Shown here piece by piece: positions 51,619-64,000 of a stretch of 64,000 bases of DNA. Source of the stretch: Selaginella moellendorffii. Lineage: Eukaryota; Plantae; Lycopodiophyta. The notes beneath the pieces are model-generated. The model was not told where the DNA came from and did no database searches. It was given only the letters and a program-made list of their open reading frames with translations. Both the position numbers and the translations under genes were made by a program. Numbering within the stretch: the first letter of the stretch is position 1; the number at the start of each line of letters is the position of its first letter. The stretch spans positions 124,001-188,000 of the forward strand of contig NW_003314381.1 of the NCBI RefSeq assembly GCF_000143415.4. Reading direction: 5' to 3'.

Positions 51619-52665
51619 ATGGGACCCTCCTCTATCCTTAGCATTTTTGAGGGCGCCAAAAGCTTTTACATACCACCGCACAGCTCTTATCATGTTGATT
51701 TGAATCCTGCAAAATTGGATGCTGAAATTGACAAATGGTGTATGGATTTTTTGAACCTGCACGATCTCACTGATCACAAGACTCAGTTTGCCATTCAGAG
51801 CAAGCTGGGAAAACTTGCAGGCTTGGCATACCAGGCCATTTCTTCAGAGAGACTGCGTCCCATGGCAAAATTCTTGTGCTGGTTGTTTCTTGCAGATGAT
51901 TTTATGGACAATCCCTCTGTCCCTGTCTCTGACCTGAAGAATGCCACACTTGCATACAAGCTCATCTTCAAAAACGACTATGATCAAGCCATAACGCTGG
52001 TGGAAAGTAAAGACCTTCTGCGGCAAATGGGGATGCTTAACGATGTCTACACTGATCTAAAGGGTTTCATGAATCCTGGACATAGGACCCGGTTTTCGAA
52101 ATCCATGATTGATGTGCTCGACATGTTTGAGGTGGAATCAAGTTGGCTTCACAAGAAACTGGTTCCCAACTTTGAGATTTATAACGTAACGGCTGGGGTT
52201 ATCCCTTGCATGGTGGCAATAGACTTCCTTAATAATTTTGGGCTGGAAGATGATGTGCTAGACCATCCCAACATTCAAAGGCTGGAAGTGATTGCAAATC
52301 GCCACACGTACCTAGCCAATGACATGGTCTCCTTCAAAAAGGAATGGGCTTGCGACATGTACCTCAATTCTGTGGCACTGGTTGGTTACAGTAGCAACTG
52401 TGGCTTACACGAGGCAATGGAGAAAGTTGCACAAATGGTTCAGGATTTGGAGAAAGAGTTTGCTGACATCAAACAAAAGGTTCTGTCAAACAAGGACTTG
52501 AACAAGGGAAATGTCATGGGGTATGTGCAAGGCTTGGAGTATTTTATGGCTGGAAATATAGGCTCTCTGCGAGATATCATGGGGTGGGATGGGTTTCACC
52601 AGCTGAGAAATATGGTACCTTGGAGTTCTAGTTTGCTTCTACTTGCATTAGAAGCTGGTGCTTAA
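51619..52665 (+). pseudogene. MTPSL: MTPSL copy 3, probably non-functional
   Basis: A 9-bp deletion near the N-terminus, a 12-bp deletion removing the WMR pyrophosphate-sensor Arg (~52183), and a 10-bp deletion at 52560 that frameshifts away the RY pair. Confidence 0.85.
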
Positions 52666-52809
52666 AATAAAACTGATACTCATACAATTGGTGAGTATGA
52701 ACAATAATATTTTGAATTTCTCATACAACTGTTGAGTAATATATTTTCATTTCTTTCTCTACTTTTTTCTTTCCGTACTAGACATTTACTTTTTGATACA
52801 ACAAAAGCT

Positions 52810-53575
52810 TAGCACCACAAGTCTAGGAAAAAAAATAGAGAGAACTGCGTTAGATATTTCCAGAGCTTACTTGGAGACTGGCAAGCATCTTCAGTGCCGC
52901 GTCTATCTTTGCAGACTTCCTCGGCTTCTCCTGCGAAGTTTCCACAAGTGATTCTTCTCCAAAAGTCACCCTTACTTCAGTCGTGGTCGCCTCTGTCCGG
53001 AAGAAACTGACTTTCATGCCTTTTCTCGCGCAAAGCTCCATAAGAATGCGCACAGGATGGAAACGCAGCGTCGCTGGAGTGACCAAAGGCGATAACAAAG
53101 GCAGCACCACTCTCCACAACTTCTCCAAATCGAAGTTAGTGTCTACAAAGATGGCACCCTTTCAAGTAAGTCTCCAAGCACCTGAGAAAAGAGAGAGAAG
53201 ACCACCGGAAGATGTCTACGTACCTTTGGGGCCGACAAGTCTTCGAAGCATGAAGCGTCTGGTTTTTCCTTCACGTTTTACACGAACTTTCGGATCTCGC
53301 AGTCAAGTTCCACCGGGCCATGCTGAAGATGCTGATGTAAGCCGTGCCTCACAACCAGCCGAGCAAACCATTTGTTGTTCACGGCTGCAGACCGCAAGTC
53401 AGTGAGTGTTCCTGGAGGTAATCCTGGATGAGTCTCGAAGAGGTGGCGGGATACAAGGAAGTCCAGGACGCCATCGCCAAGGAACTCTAGCCTCTGTATT
53501 TGTTTTCGATTAGAAAAAAAGCCAAGCTGATAAACCAAGGAACTTACCTGATAGCAGAGCAAGCAGTTCGGTTGA
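52810..53575 (-). pseudogene. DCL3: Dicer-like copy 3 remnant (RNase IIIb plus dsRBD)
   Basis: RLEFLGD retained, but there is a TAA at 53278-53280 and a 7-bp deletion at ~53158. Confidence 0.85.
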
Positions 53576-54419
53576 AAGAGAACCAACCATACGAGTGACA
53601 ATGTAAAGGTTGTGACAAGAAAGAAATGTTACGTGACCAGTGAAAAATCTCATCCGGCGATGGAAAGTCTGGGTCTGCCCCGTTTTCCAAAAGATACTGG
53701 ACAAATCCATCACCAGCAGCAGAAGCACCCAGTCGATGGTGCCGCTTCACTGCTGCAAGCAGCGGGGCCTCTCTGTTCTCACCTGGGACCAGCATGTTCA
53801 AGCTGTCTACAAGATCTATGGCTGCGTACGCAGTTTCCAAGTCCGACTCCGTAATGGCTTGCACGAGTCGCGCCATTCTCTTGCCGAGGGTCAGAGCCCC
53901 GATCTCCCATCTTCGACCGCACAGCTGCGACAAGATGAGCCTGAAACCCGGTAGGCGAGGAACGAACGCTCCCACGTCGATCGATATTGGTGACTCGAGC
54001 GCAAGTAGCTCCTCGCCTTGGTGGTCGTAGACAAGAGCGCAAGGACTTGGAAAAACCAGAGCAATGGTCACCGCTCCGGTAGACTTTGCGTGAAGCTGCA
54101 CTAGCTCTTTGCCGCCGCTGCCCTCTCCTGGGGCAAACACGACAACGAAGCTCATGAGGTTGGCTTGTGGTTGCTCCTCTTCATCTGCGCTAGAATGGTG
54201 AGCGTCGTCTACAATAGTGAACACGGGAGCCAGCACACTATCTCCTCTACGAATGGGCTCATCATCGTGTGAGCACTTATGTGACCACGGAAGATCATTC
54301 ATCGCTTTCCGCCTCTTACGATAGTTGTCCGTGGAAACCCAAAACTGACTGTCTGCCATGCCTCTCATTAGCACGATTGGATCACGGAGTGATTGCATCC
54401 TGTCATCCTCGACGTGCAC
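53576..54419 (-). pseudogene. 5' part of the ankyrin-repeat gene (unit 4) fused to the DCL remnant
   Basis: Highly similar to 6313-7160, with an open frame through YLLENGADPD. The 3' exons are deleted. Confidence 0.75.
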
Positions 54420-57400
54420 ACAAGTTCATGAGAGATTCGCTAACATATACAAACATCACCTCAGAGTTGCTCCCCGGCTTTCCCCTCGGCCGCTGTCGCT
54501 TCATCGTAATCCCAAACCTAAAATGAAGGATAGCTTTTGTAGAGCTAAAAGGCCAAGCATAGTTTTTCTAGGTTTATAGGTCCTTGAACAGAATTTACTT
54601 GCTTGTTCTTGAGATGTTTCAGCGTGCCATGAATCTTATAAACTTCAAAGGTGGCATTGCGCTTGTTTATGATGGAGCGTGCGTATTGGCAACAAAACTC
54701 TCCTGGAAGGTATAGGTGATGTCGAGGGGTGGCAAAATGCGCTATTGTTTTTGCTTGCCAAAGAACACTTCCATGCGGCTCTTTGGCAAGGCTGTCAAAG
54801 GTTTTCTCAATTTAATGGAGGATTTATTGGAATTGTCTCCATGTTCCTCACCTGCAATTTCAGAAGTTTGCCAATTTCCATTGTTTTCATATCTTGGATC
54901 ATATGGAAGAGATAAACATTAAGTGTACAATTTAAGGGTTTATTTATCCAGTTTTACAACTATCTGTCTGTGTATTCTCTTGATTCACTTGAAACAAATG
55001 TCCTTCTTAGATGATACATGACTACCTGTAGCCCAAAAATTCTCCACCAGGCCCTTTGTCAATTGCGGTACTCAATCACTCCTTTGCTTATGACCATCTA
55101 GTGCCTATCTACAAGTTATGATCCTTATCATCTTCCTCCTTGCTCATGCAGCTGGTAGGTTTCTTCTATAAATCCCAAGAACATTTGCAAGAGTAGTGTT
55201 TGGAATGTTGTCACCACCAATGATCATGGAAAGAATTGCTCTCTTTGCAACTAGATGATCACATGAACGTGCTTTCTTCATTAGTTGAGGTGATTGATGA
55301 ATGTTGACGCACATTTTCTTCTTAGAGTTGCTTGTCAAAAAATTTTCTAGTAGACTAATTATTGGGCAAATCACTTTGTTGTGGCACACTAGAAAGCTAT
55401 TAATGATCAATGCTTTTGTATATGAATCATCCTTGCAAGTGATGTCAAACAAGTCCCCTATAGCTTTGGCCTTTCTTCTTACTTTTATCATACTCATATA
55501 CTCATGATGAAGTATTCCTGGCTTGATATAGGTGATCTTTGGTTTTATCATGATCACTTGAAGTAGTGGCCATCCTGAAGACAAATTAAGCACTTTGGTT
55601 AGATATGAAAGTAATTAGAAAAAAATACTATAAATATCTTACTAGATATGTGTTGTTGGTGCTACTACTTGTTGGTGCTTCTAGTTGCTGTTGCACCTCT
55701 TGCTTATTGCTGCTACTAAGCTCACTGGCCTAGAAAGAGTAGGGCTGTCAGGCATGATTCAGCTACTACTTGATAGGCACGATCTTATTGCTGCTAACTA
55801 ATTGCTACTAGTGTTAAAGCTTGGCCGGTTGCTCCCTTGGTTGTTACTACTACTGCAAATTGCTGCCACCGCTGCTTGCTATCCACTGCTCCTGCTTCTT
55901 GCTGCCCTTGCCATTGGTGCTACTAGTGTTTATACTTGTTGTTGTTGCTGCTTTTTCTTGCTACTGCTGTCATTGTTGGTGTTGCTGCTTGCTTGCGCCC
56001 ACTGTTGCTGTTGGTGCTATTTCTTGCTTGCCATCAATGCCACTATTGCATATTGTTGCCACTACTGTTGCTGCCCCTACTGCTGTTGCTGTTGGTCTTG
56101 CTCTTTGCCACTGCTGGTGCTACTAGTGCTGTTGCTTACTACCAATACTGCTTTGCTTGTCACGGCCACTGCTGTTGGTGTTGCTACTGGTGCTGGTGCT
56201 GCTCCTTGCTACCACCGCTATTGCTAGTGTTGATGCTTGCCCCACTGTTGCTGCTACTTGCTGCTTTCTACTGTTGCCTCAATCATACTCTAAGATGCTC
56301 CATTCTAAACCATAGCCGAATCAATCCACAAATGTAAGCAAGGTGATGGAGGAGGGGAGGAGAAGAGGAGGATTGGGAAGATGAGCACTGCATCGAAGCT
56401 GCCCCATGACAATGCTCCATACCTTCCATGTTCATAAGTTGTAATTCAAGGAATTCCCAAGTTTGTGAAATTTAAAAAATTTCAAGTTTGTGCAATCTAA
56501 GAAATATTCTCTTTACCAAATCAATAAGCAATCAATGCATGTTTCTGGGCACTTGAGGTAAACAAAAACCAAGTAAGCCTCAGTTCATGTTTGTTTCAAT
56601 TTACTTAGTTCATCTTTTAAATGTAGAGTGGGAAATATTAATCTTTGCTTTCATCACTTCCTAAATAGCCATTGGTCCTTCATTAACATTTGTTATTTTC
56701 CACTAAGACTTAACATAATTTTCCATATATGATTTTGAACACTCAACCTTTATATCGTAGAATTAATCTTCCACCACTTTATAGTTATTAACTCCTTTAA
56801 AGACTGGTGAAAGCTTGGATTTGTACTTTGGAATTTCTTGTGGGACAAACATTTACTCAACCTTTTCCTTCCACCTCAATAAATTCCTTGCTTTTTACAT
56901 TGTTAATATTTGCAATCTTTTATTTTTTCTCCATTTTTCTCATCATGTTTTAACTTGTGTATAAGGGTCTTTAGTAGGGCATTAACCTATATTATTTGCC
57001 CTTCCAAAGCATTTAATCAAGCAATGAGCACACCTCCAGATTCATATTTAGAATTTTTTCACTTTTAAATTCATATTTGGAAGTTTTTTCATTGGAATCC
57101 TCCTTATACAAAGATTCTTTATCCATTAGTTCTTGTTTGACCGAAAGCTCCATCTTTATAAGCAATTTAATATTTGTTTTTGCTCATTTATGCCTTGTCT
57201 TACCCATCTTTTAGTGATTTGTCTTTATCATTCATTGTAATTGGGAAAATAGTTTCGATACTAAATTGCAAGCCATAATTTTTCTTCTCCAATTTATCAA
57301 TTTACTTTGCCTTTTTAACCACTTTTGCCTTAGCCATAGTTAAGTTACATTCCACTTCTATTGTATTAGCTCTTATTTAATTCTACCTAATTTCAATAAG

Positions 57401-59501
57401 TCAATATACAGAGTATTAACCATCTTTTCATGGATTCCACTCCACCTGAGCCAAAAGCACCACATTTGATTTCCCTTCCAAGAATAGAAGTTTTTTTTGA
57501 ACACCTCCTTAAAAGGCTTCCCTAGCAAGTCTAGCAAATGTTGGCAACATATTTAAAGCTAAAGTAGGTGGTCGCACTTTAGGAGCACACTGGGCACCTT
57601 CACATAAAAAGAAACTCATGGTAGAAAGCTTAATTGGCTAGAAAGTGGCAAACAAAGGAAAAAAGAGGGGCCTCAAAAATCATAGCCTTTAACATGTGTT
57701 CCACAAAAACTACATAAACTATGGAGATTTAATGTGGGGGTAGTATAAAGACATTAGGTTTTCTACTCACTGTTGTGGACCATAGTGCATGACCCACTCA
57801 AGTGCCAGAAGCAACATAGCACTTCATTTTTATACATCCACTGCTTCTTGATGTCCTGAGAATGCTCTACTACTATGTTCTCATAAGTTGAGGTGGGGCA
57901 GTACATGCCCACACTGGCAACAGCTAAGAGAGAAGGTTTTTCAGCCAGCAAGCACACTTTTAATGCCTAATTGATGCACAAAAGCCACAAATGACTCCTC
58001 ATGGCCACAAAAAACAAAAGGTGGAGGCATAGCATTGTAAAGCCTTCTACTTAATCCAGTGGGCAACATTCGCCTCACGACCTCCCTATTGGGCAAATGT
58101 GGTGAAAGTGGCTAGCTCTAGAGGAACTGTGCATGATGTCTAGAGCTATGCATTGCCAACATCCCTATACCACATCCCAAAGACATGATCTAAGACATTG
58201 CAGCCATACATCACAATAAGTAGGAAAGGCATTGCTAGATTGCTCCCCACCCACACCCACCCCCCGGACTCAAGCTGCTGATGGGCTAGTCTCGGAGGTT
58301 AGGGTATATAAGGGCCTCTTCCACCACTAAAAGTCAGCCTGAATGCCCCCCCCCCCATAATAGCTCCTCTAACGTAATTGTGCTTCAGCTGGAAAGTGAA
58401 GTAGCAAAAAGGAGCCAGATGTTCACTCCTGGATGACAAGAGTGAGACATAATAGAGACAAAAAGAGACAATGTACTGTAAGAACTCTAAATGATGCTAC
58501 TGGTATATCCCCATAACATTATTTTCAAGGATAACCAAGTGGAACCAGGTTCTTCAACACGTAGAACTGGAGCAACAACTTCAACTTTGCATCTTAAAAC
58601 TTCAGCAATGCACTCATAATTTGTTGGTACTGCTTGCTTCTACAGGCTGCTGCTGCTTTGTTTCCCAGGCTTACAGATCATAGCCCGGCTTGGGCCTGCT
58701 TTGCTCGCTGAAAAGGACATCTTTGACGAGGTGTTTGAACTGGCCAAAGAGTACTTTAATTAGGGAGACCCAACATCACATACACTTGAGATTCTAAACC
58801 TGAAATTAAGAGTCTATTTTGTCTACAACCAAGTGACCAAAGAGTTTTGTCTGAAATTCTTCCTCGCGCATCACATGGGCTACGTGGGCGTAAACATGGA
58901 AGTCCTCGTGGATTGCCGCAACACCCTCTTTGCGAAAGGCTTACATCACTGGGTTGGAGGAGCTCTGGCGGTGGTGTTTTGGACGCCATGGGTTCTTAAC
59001 TCAATGTACTCTGAAACGGAGATTGATATCGTCAAAGGGAACCTGCAGACAATGTAAACTCCCGAGCCCAAGCCGGACGGCATTCAGGGCTATGATCTGC
59101 AAGGAACAAAACACCAAAGCCATGTCAAGCAAATTTTGACAGTTTGATAAATTCTAGGGCTCGCGAGCAACAGCAGCACTCGCGGAAAAACAAAGCTTTG
59201 AACCCTATGCGCATCTTTGAGGATGGCCAAAGGGCAACACACTTGCTTTTTTGGTTCTATCATAAAAATTAAGAGATTTTGTCTGACTTTGCTTTTCAGA
59301 AGTAAAGAGTTTTGCTTGAAATTCTTCCTTTGAAATACTTTTTTGTCTTGTGATAATTTTATTAACTTTTTAATGAGTTAATAATAATTTTATTCAGTGA
59401 ATATTACCAATAGATCTTTCTCCTTGTGTATTTCTTGGCAGGTGCTACCCAGGCATTATATAGCTTACACAGCCCTGGAGAAACATAGAAGAAGATCCAT
59501 C

Positions 59502-60548
59502 ATGGGAGCCTCCTCTATCCTTAGCATTTTTGAGGGCGCCAAAAGCTTTTACATACCACCGCACAGCTCTTATCATGTTGATTTGAATCCTGCTTATGAT
59601 GCAAAGTTGGATGCTGAAATTGACAAATGGTGTATGGATTTTTTGAACTCGCATGATCTCACTGATCACAAGGCTCAGTTTGCCATTCAGAGCAAGCTGG
59701 GAAAACTTGCAGGCTTGGCATACCAGGCCATTTCTTCAGAGAGACTGCGTCCCATGGCAAAATTCTTGTGCTGGTTGTATCTTGCAGATGATTTTATGGA
59801 CAATCCCTCTGTCCCTGTCTCGGACCTGAAGAATGCCACACTTGCATACAAGCTCATCTTCAAAAACGACTATGATCAAGCCATAACTCTGGTGGAAAGT
59901 AAAGGCCTTCTGCGGCAAATGGGGATGCTTAACGATGTCTACACTGATCTAAAGGGTTTCATGAATCCTGGACATAGGACCCGGTTTTCGAAATCCATGG
60001 TTGATGTTCTCGACATGTTTGAGGTGGAATCAAGTTGGCTTCACAAGACACTGGTTCCCAACTTTGAGATTTATATGTGGATGAGGGAGGTAACGGCTGG
60101 GGTTATCCCTTGCATGGTGGCAATAGACTTCCTTAATAATTTTGGGCTGGAAGAGGAAGGAGTGCTAGACGATCCCCATATTCAAACGCTGGAAGCGATT
60201 GCAAATCGCCATACGTTCCTAGCCAATGACATGCTGTCCTTCAAAAAGGAATGGGCTTGTAAACAGTACCTCAATTCTGTGGCACTGGTTGGTTACAGTA
60301 GCAACTGTGGCTTAAACGAGGCAATGGAGAAAGTTGCACAAATGGTTCAGGATTTGGAGAAAGAGTTTGCTGACATCAAACAGAAGGTTCTCTCAAACAA
60401 GGACTTGAACAAGGGAAATGTCATGGGGTATGTGCAAGGCTTGGAGTATTTCATGGCTGGAAATATAGAGTTTAGCTGGCTCTCTGCGAGATATCATGGG
60501 GTGGGATGGGTTTCACCAGCTGAGAAATATGGTACCTTGGAGTTCTAG
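59502..60548 (+). CDS. MTPSL: Microbial terpene synthase-like protein, copy 4 (348 aa)
   Basis: DDFMDN, WMREVTAG, NDMLSFKKE, SARY; uninterrupted ORF. Confidence 0.92.
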   Translation: MGASSILSIFEGAKSFYIPPHSSYHVDLNPAYDAKLDAEIDKWCMDFLNSHDLTDHKAQFAIQSKLGKLAGLAYQAISSERLRPMAKFLCWLYLADDFMDNPSVPVSDLKNATLAYKLIFKNDYDQAITLVESKGLLRQMGMLNDVYTDLKGFMNPGHRTRFSKSMVDVLDMFEVESSWLHKTLVPNFEIYMWMREVTAGVIPCMVAIDFLNNFGLEEEGVLDDPHIQTLEAIANRHTFLANDMLSFKKEWACKQYLNSVALVGYSSNCGLNEAMEKVAQMVQDLEKEFADIKQKVLSNKDLNKGNVMGYVQGLEYFMAGNIEFSWLSARYHGVGWVSPAEKYGTLEF

Positions 60549-60851
60549 TTTGCTTCTACTTGCATTAGAAGCTGGTGCTTAAAATAAAACTGATACTGGT
60601 GAGTATGAACAATAATATTTTGAATTTCTCATACAACTGTTGAGTAATATATTTTCATTTCTTTCTCCACTTTTTTCTTTCCGTACTAGACATTTACTTT
60701 TTGATACAACAAAAGCTTAGCACCACAAGTCTAGCAAAAAAATAGAGAGAACTACGTTAGATATTTCCAGAGCTTACTTGGAGACTGGCAAGCATCTTCA
60801 TTTCTTTCTCCACTTTTTCCTTTCAGTACTAGACATTTACACAACAAAAGC

Positions 60852-63800
60852 TTAGCACCACGAAGTCTAGCAAAAAAAGAGAGAGAACTGCGTTAGAAAT
60901 TTCCACAGCTTACTTGGAGACTGGCAAGCATCTTCAGAGCCGCGTCTATCTTTGCAGACTTCCTCGGCTTCTCCTGCGAAGTTTCCACAAGTGATTCTTC
61001 TCCAAAAGTCACCCTTACTTCAGTTGTGGTCGCCTCTGTCCGGAAGAAACTGACTTTCATGCCTTTTCTCGCGCAAAGCTCCATAAGAATGCGCACAGGA
61101 TGGAAACGTAGCGTCGCTGGAGTGACCAAAGGCGATAACAAAGGCAGCACCACTCTCCACAACTTCTCCAAATCGAAGTTAGTGTCCACAAAGATGGCAC
61201 CGGTTATGCTTTCAAGTAAGTCTCCAAGCACCTGAGAAAAGAGAGGCCAGAATGTAGAGAAGACCACCGGAATCTGTGTACGTACCTTTGGGGCCGACAA
61301 GTCTTCGAAGCATGAAGCGTCTGGTTTTTCCTTCACGTTTTGCACGAACTTTCGGATCTCGCAGTCAAGTTCCACGGAGCCATGCTGAAGATGCTGATGT
61401 AAGCCGTGCCTCAGAACCAGCCGAGCAAACCATTTGTTGTTCACGGCTGCAGACCGCAAGTCTGTGAGTGTTCCTGGAGGTAATCCTGGATGAGTCTCGA
61501 AGAGGTGGCGGGATACAAGGAAGTCCAGGACGCCATCGCCAAGGAACTCTAGCCGCTGTATTTGTTTTCGATTAGAAAAAAAGCCCAGCTGATAAACCAA
61601 GGAACTTACCTGATAGCAGAGCAAGCAGTTCGGTTGAGATGCGTGAGTTATAGCTTCCACCAAGAGGCTCCTGTTTTGAAATTTATACTGCAGCTTATGC
61701 TCTAAAGACTCCAACGATGCCTGGAGATGTTGAAACGATTCAGCCGGCAGGGAAGCTTGGCGAGCCGAGGCAAGCAAGCCTATGTCGAATTCTATGTCAA
61801 TGCCGAGCTGTTTCATAAGCTCCATGGCGCTCGGAGGTCCAGACGTGGCCAAGTATGCACCGATAAGGGCCTCTACAACGTCGGCGAGAGCTTTCCTTCG
61901 AATCCCCCGATGGCCGTTGGCACACGATGAAAAATAATTTTCCTCGTTTTCATAGCTCCCCTGCTGGTGCCTACATTTTGATGAATCAGAGGTAAGCATG
62001 CCCGGGCCAGTCCAGTTGGAAGGATTGAATTCTTCGTCGCGTATGTATTCCTGCAAGGCAACGTTGAACATTTACACTACAGGAAGAAAGATCGCGCATA
62101 CCGCAATGCCAGATGATTTTGCCAACTGATGTAGCGCTGCATTACAAGTAGCGCGAGACCTTCTCGCACTGAGCTGGCCTTCGTGTTTCTTATCGTAGAC
62201 CAGGAACAGCTTTTGAGTCACGACGTATTTGAGAAACGAGTCCCCTAGAAGCTCCAAACTCTCATATGAGAACTCTTCGTGACATTTTTTGCTGGTAATT
62301 GCTTCGAGGATCTGGAAAACCATCTCACCACTAAGATGCATTTTCAAGGATAAAGATGAATACCTTCGCTGCAGGAATCCATGGCCACAGTGGTGAGCGC
62401 AACTGTATGGCACAGACGGTCGAAGTAAACCGGTGAAGAAACGAAGGGACGAAGTATAGCGATCGAATTAGTCCGGACTTAATCTCTAGGCACAGGCACA
62501 ACTCAGGTGGTAGCTCTACAAAACTTTCTTCTTGTCTAGAACCTGCAACATAAACTCCGACACTTTAAATTGTAATTTCTAAGAAAATATCGAGTTTTCA
62601 CCATGATCACCTTCTTGTTCCTTGGGTCTTATGGGGAGATTATGAAAAGCATGCGTTGGCTTGGCTTTCAGCAATGGCTGCTCTGGAAGCCGTAACGTCC
62701 TTTGATACCTGCAAAAACGTGAGCTTGGTGAGAGAATGTAGGCACAGGCTGCGATAGACGCTCACTTGTCTTTGTAATAATCTATGTACGTGAAGCCCCT
62801 CTTCGGTAGTAGTGATGCCGCAGTAAAGTTCTCTAGAACCCCTGTGACACAGAAAAGCCTGCCATTGTGCACGGTAGCTACGACCATGTCCTGGAGCGCA
62901 GAAGAATGTACGTAGCCATTAGCAGTGCAGAGCACGTCCGCGTGCGTCTTCTCCCCCACACCATCCCCATCCATTGGAGAAGATGGTGAGAAATTACTAC
63001 AAAGTGTCCTGTATACCCCCGCAGTCGCATGAACACTCGTCCAATCAATACTGTCGTTGTCATCATGCACAGGTAGCAGAAGAAACGCTTGAGATTTGTT
63101 CCAGAGGATTTCTTGAGGACTTCCCGAGCAGCGTGCCAAACGGTTGAAAGCTCCGTTGAGCAGTAGCTCTTGATATGCCTTGGCTGCCTTTACCTGTATC
63201 AGAAGAAAGACGTGCCTTTATCAATCGTGTCTCCTATTCTTAATGAACAAAATCCTTCGTACCTGATTGGCATCCAGCTGAATTGGCCCGACGCGATGCA
63301 CTCTAGCGTTGACAACTCTATTTCTTGAGAACAGGGTCACTTCAGAATCGGTTACTTCTGCGTCAATGACGCAATTTACCAGAAATCCAAAGTTCGAGTA
63401 TGTTCGTGATTCAGGTGGCTCAATCACGAAGCAGATTTTATAAAATTGCAACTGCACCCCTGACTCGTTAAACACCCAGCTTCCCTCGAAAATGAGTGGC
63501 TTTGCAGTCGAGAAGATCTCCTTGCGTTTTCCTGCAATCCACGCGTCATTAATGGCCTTGCAAACTTAATAGAATAGTCGAATACCTGATTCATTCTTCC
63601 GCATCGACTGGTCTTCTTCATCGAAATCGTCAACATCTGGGCAAAGCGTGTCAGGTCTAACTTCTCCCATGTCATAAAGTTTCCGGCAAGCTTGCAAACA
63701 CGCTGCTTTTTTCGCGAGCTGTTCTGTACGTCTCAGAGGACCTTCTACTGAACGCAGAGGAGCGTTGGGTGGAAATTCCACAGTGCAGACGAACGAATCT

Positions 63801-64000
63801 TTGAACGAAAACTTTGGTTTTGCATTGTAGTACCTGCGGCACAGAAGATGAGCATAAGAGAGATAGACGAAAGAAATACCTGTCACCAAGACGAGCACAA
63901 TACTCGTGAATGAAGCTCACGCTGTCCTGCGAACTTTTACAAGCACCTGATTCCACACGGAAAAACTCCAGGTCACCTTCTGGAGGCGCCTCTCTCGTAA
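60852..64000 (-). CDS. DCL3: Dicer-like (DCL3-type) copy 4, 3' part (DUF283, PAZ, RNase IIIa/b, dsRBD); continues beyond the window
   Basis: All RNase III catalytic acidic residues present and no lesions seen. The 5' end lies outside the window. Confidence 0.85.

Overview
Plant genomic DNA, most likely the lycophyte Selaginella (inferred from the many ~50-60 bp introns, microbial-type terpene synthase genes and a Tcn1-like chromovirus). The left end holds an apparently intact PPIP5K/VIH inositol pyrophosphate kinase gene (373-5246). Most of the rest is a four-copy tandem array. Its ancestral unit reads [ankyrin-repeat gene (-), decayed DNA-transposase-like sequence, intronless microbial terpene synthase-like gene MTPSL (+), convergent Dicer-like DCL3-type gene (-)]. 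Three MTPSLs look intact and differ at active-site motifs; one is a pseudogene. The DCL copies are variously truncated: one has a nonsense codon and lost its 5' end, one keeps only PAZ-RNaseIII-dsRBD, one is fused to the ankyrin gene, and one runs off the window. An ~18 kb nested LTR-retrotransposon block (about 17-35 kb) separates units 1 and 2 and contains a 5S-rRNA-bearing Cassandra-type TRIM. Unit 3 carries a full-length Tcn1-like chromovirus, with a self-priming PBS and a GGGAAAC frameshift site, inserted inside a solo LTR.
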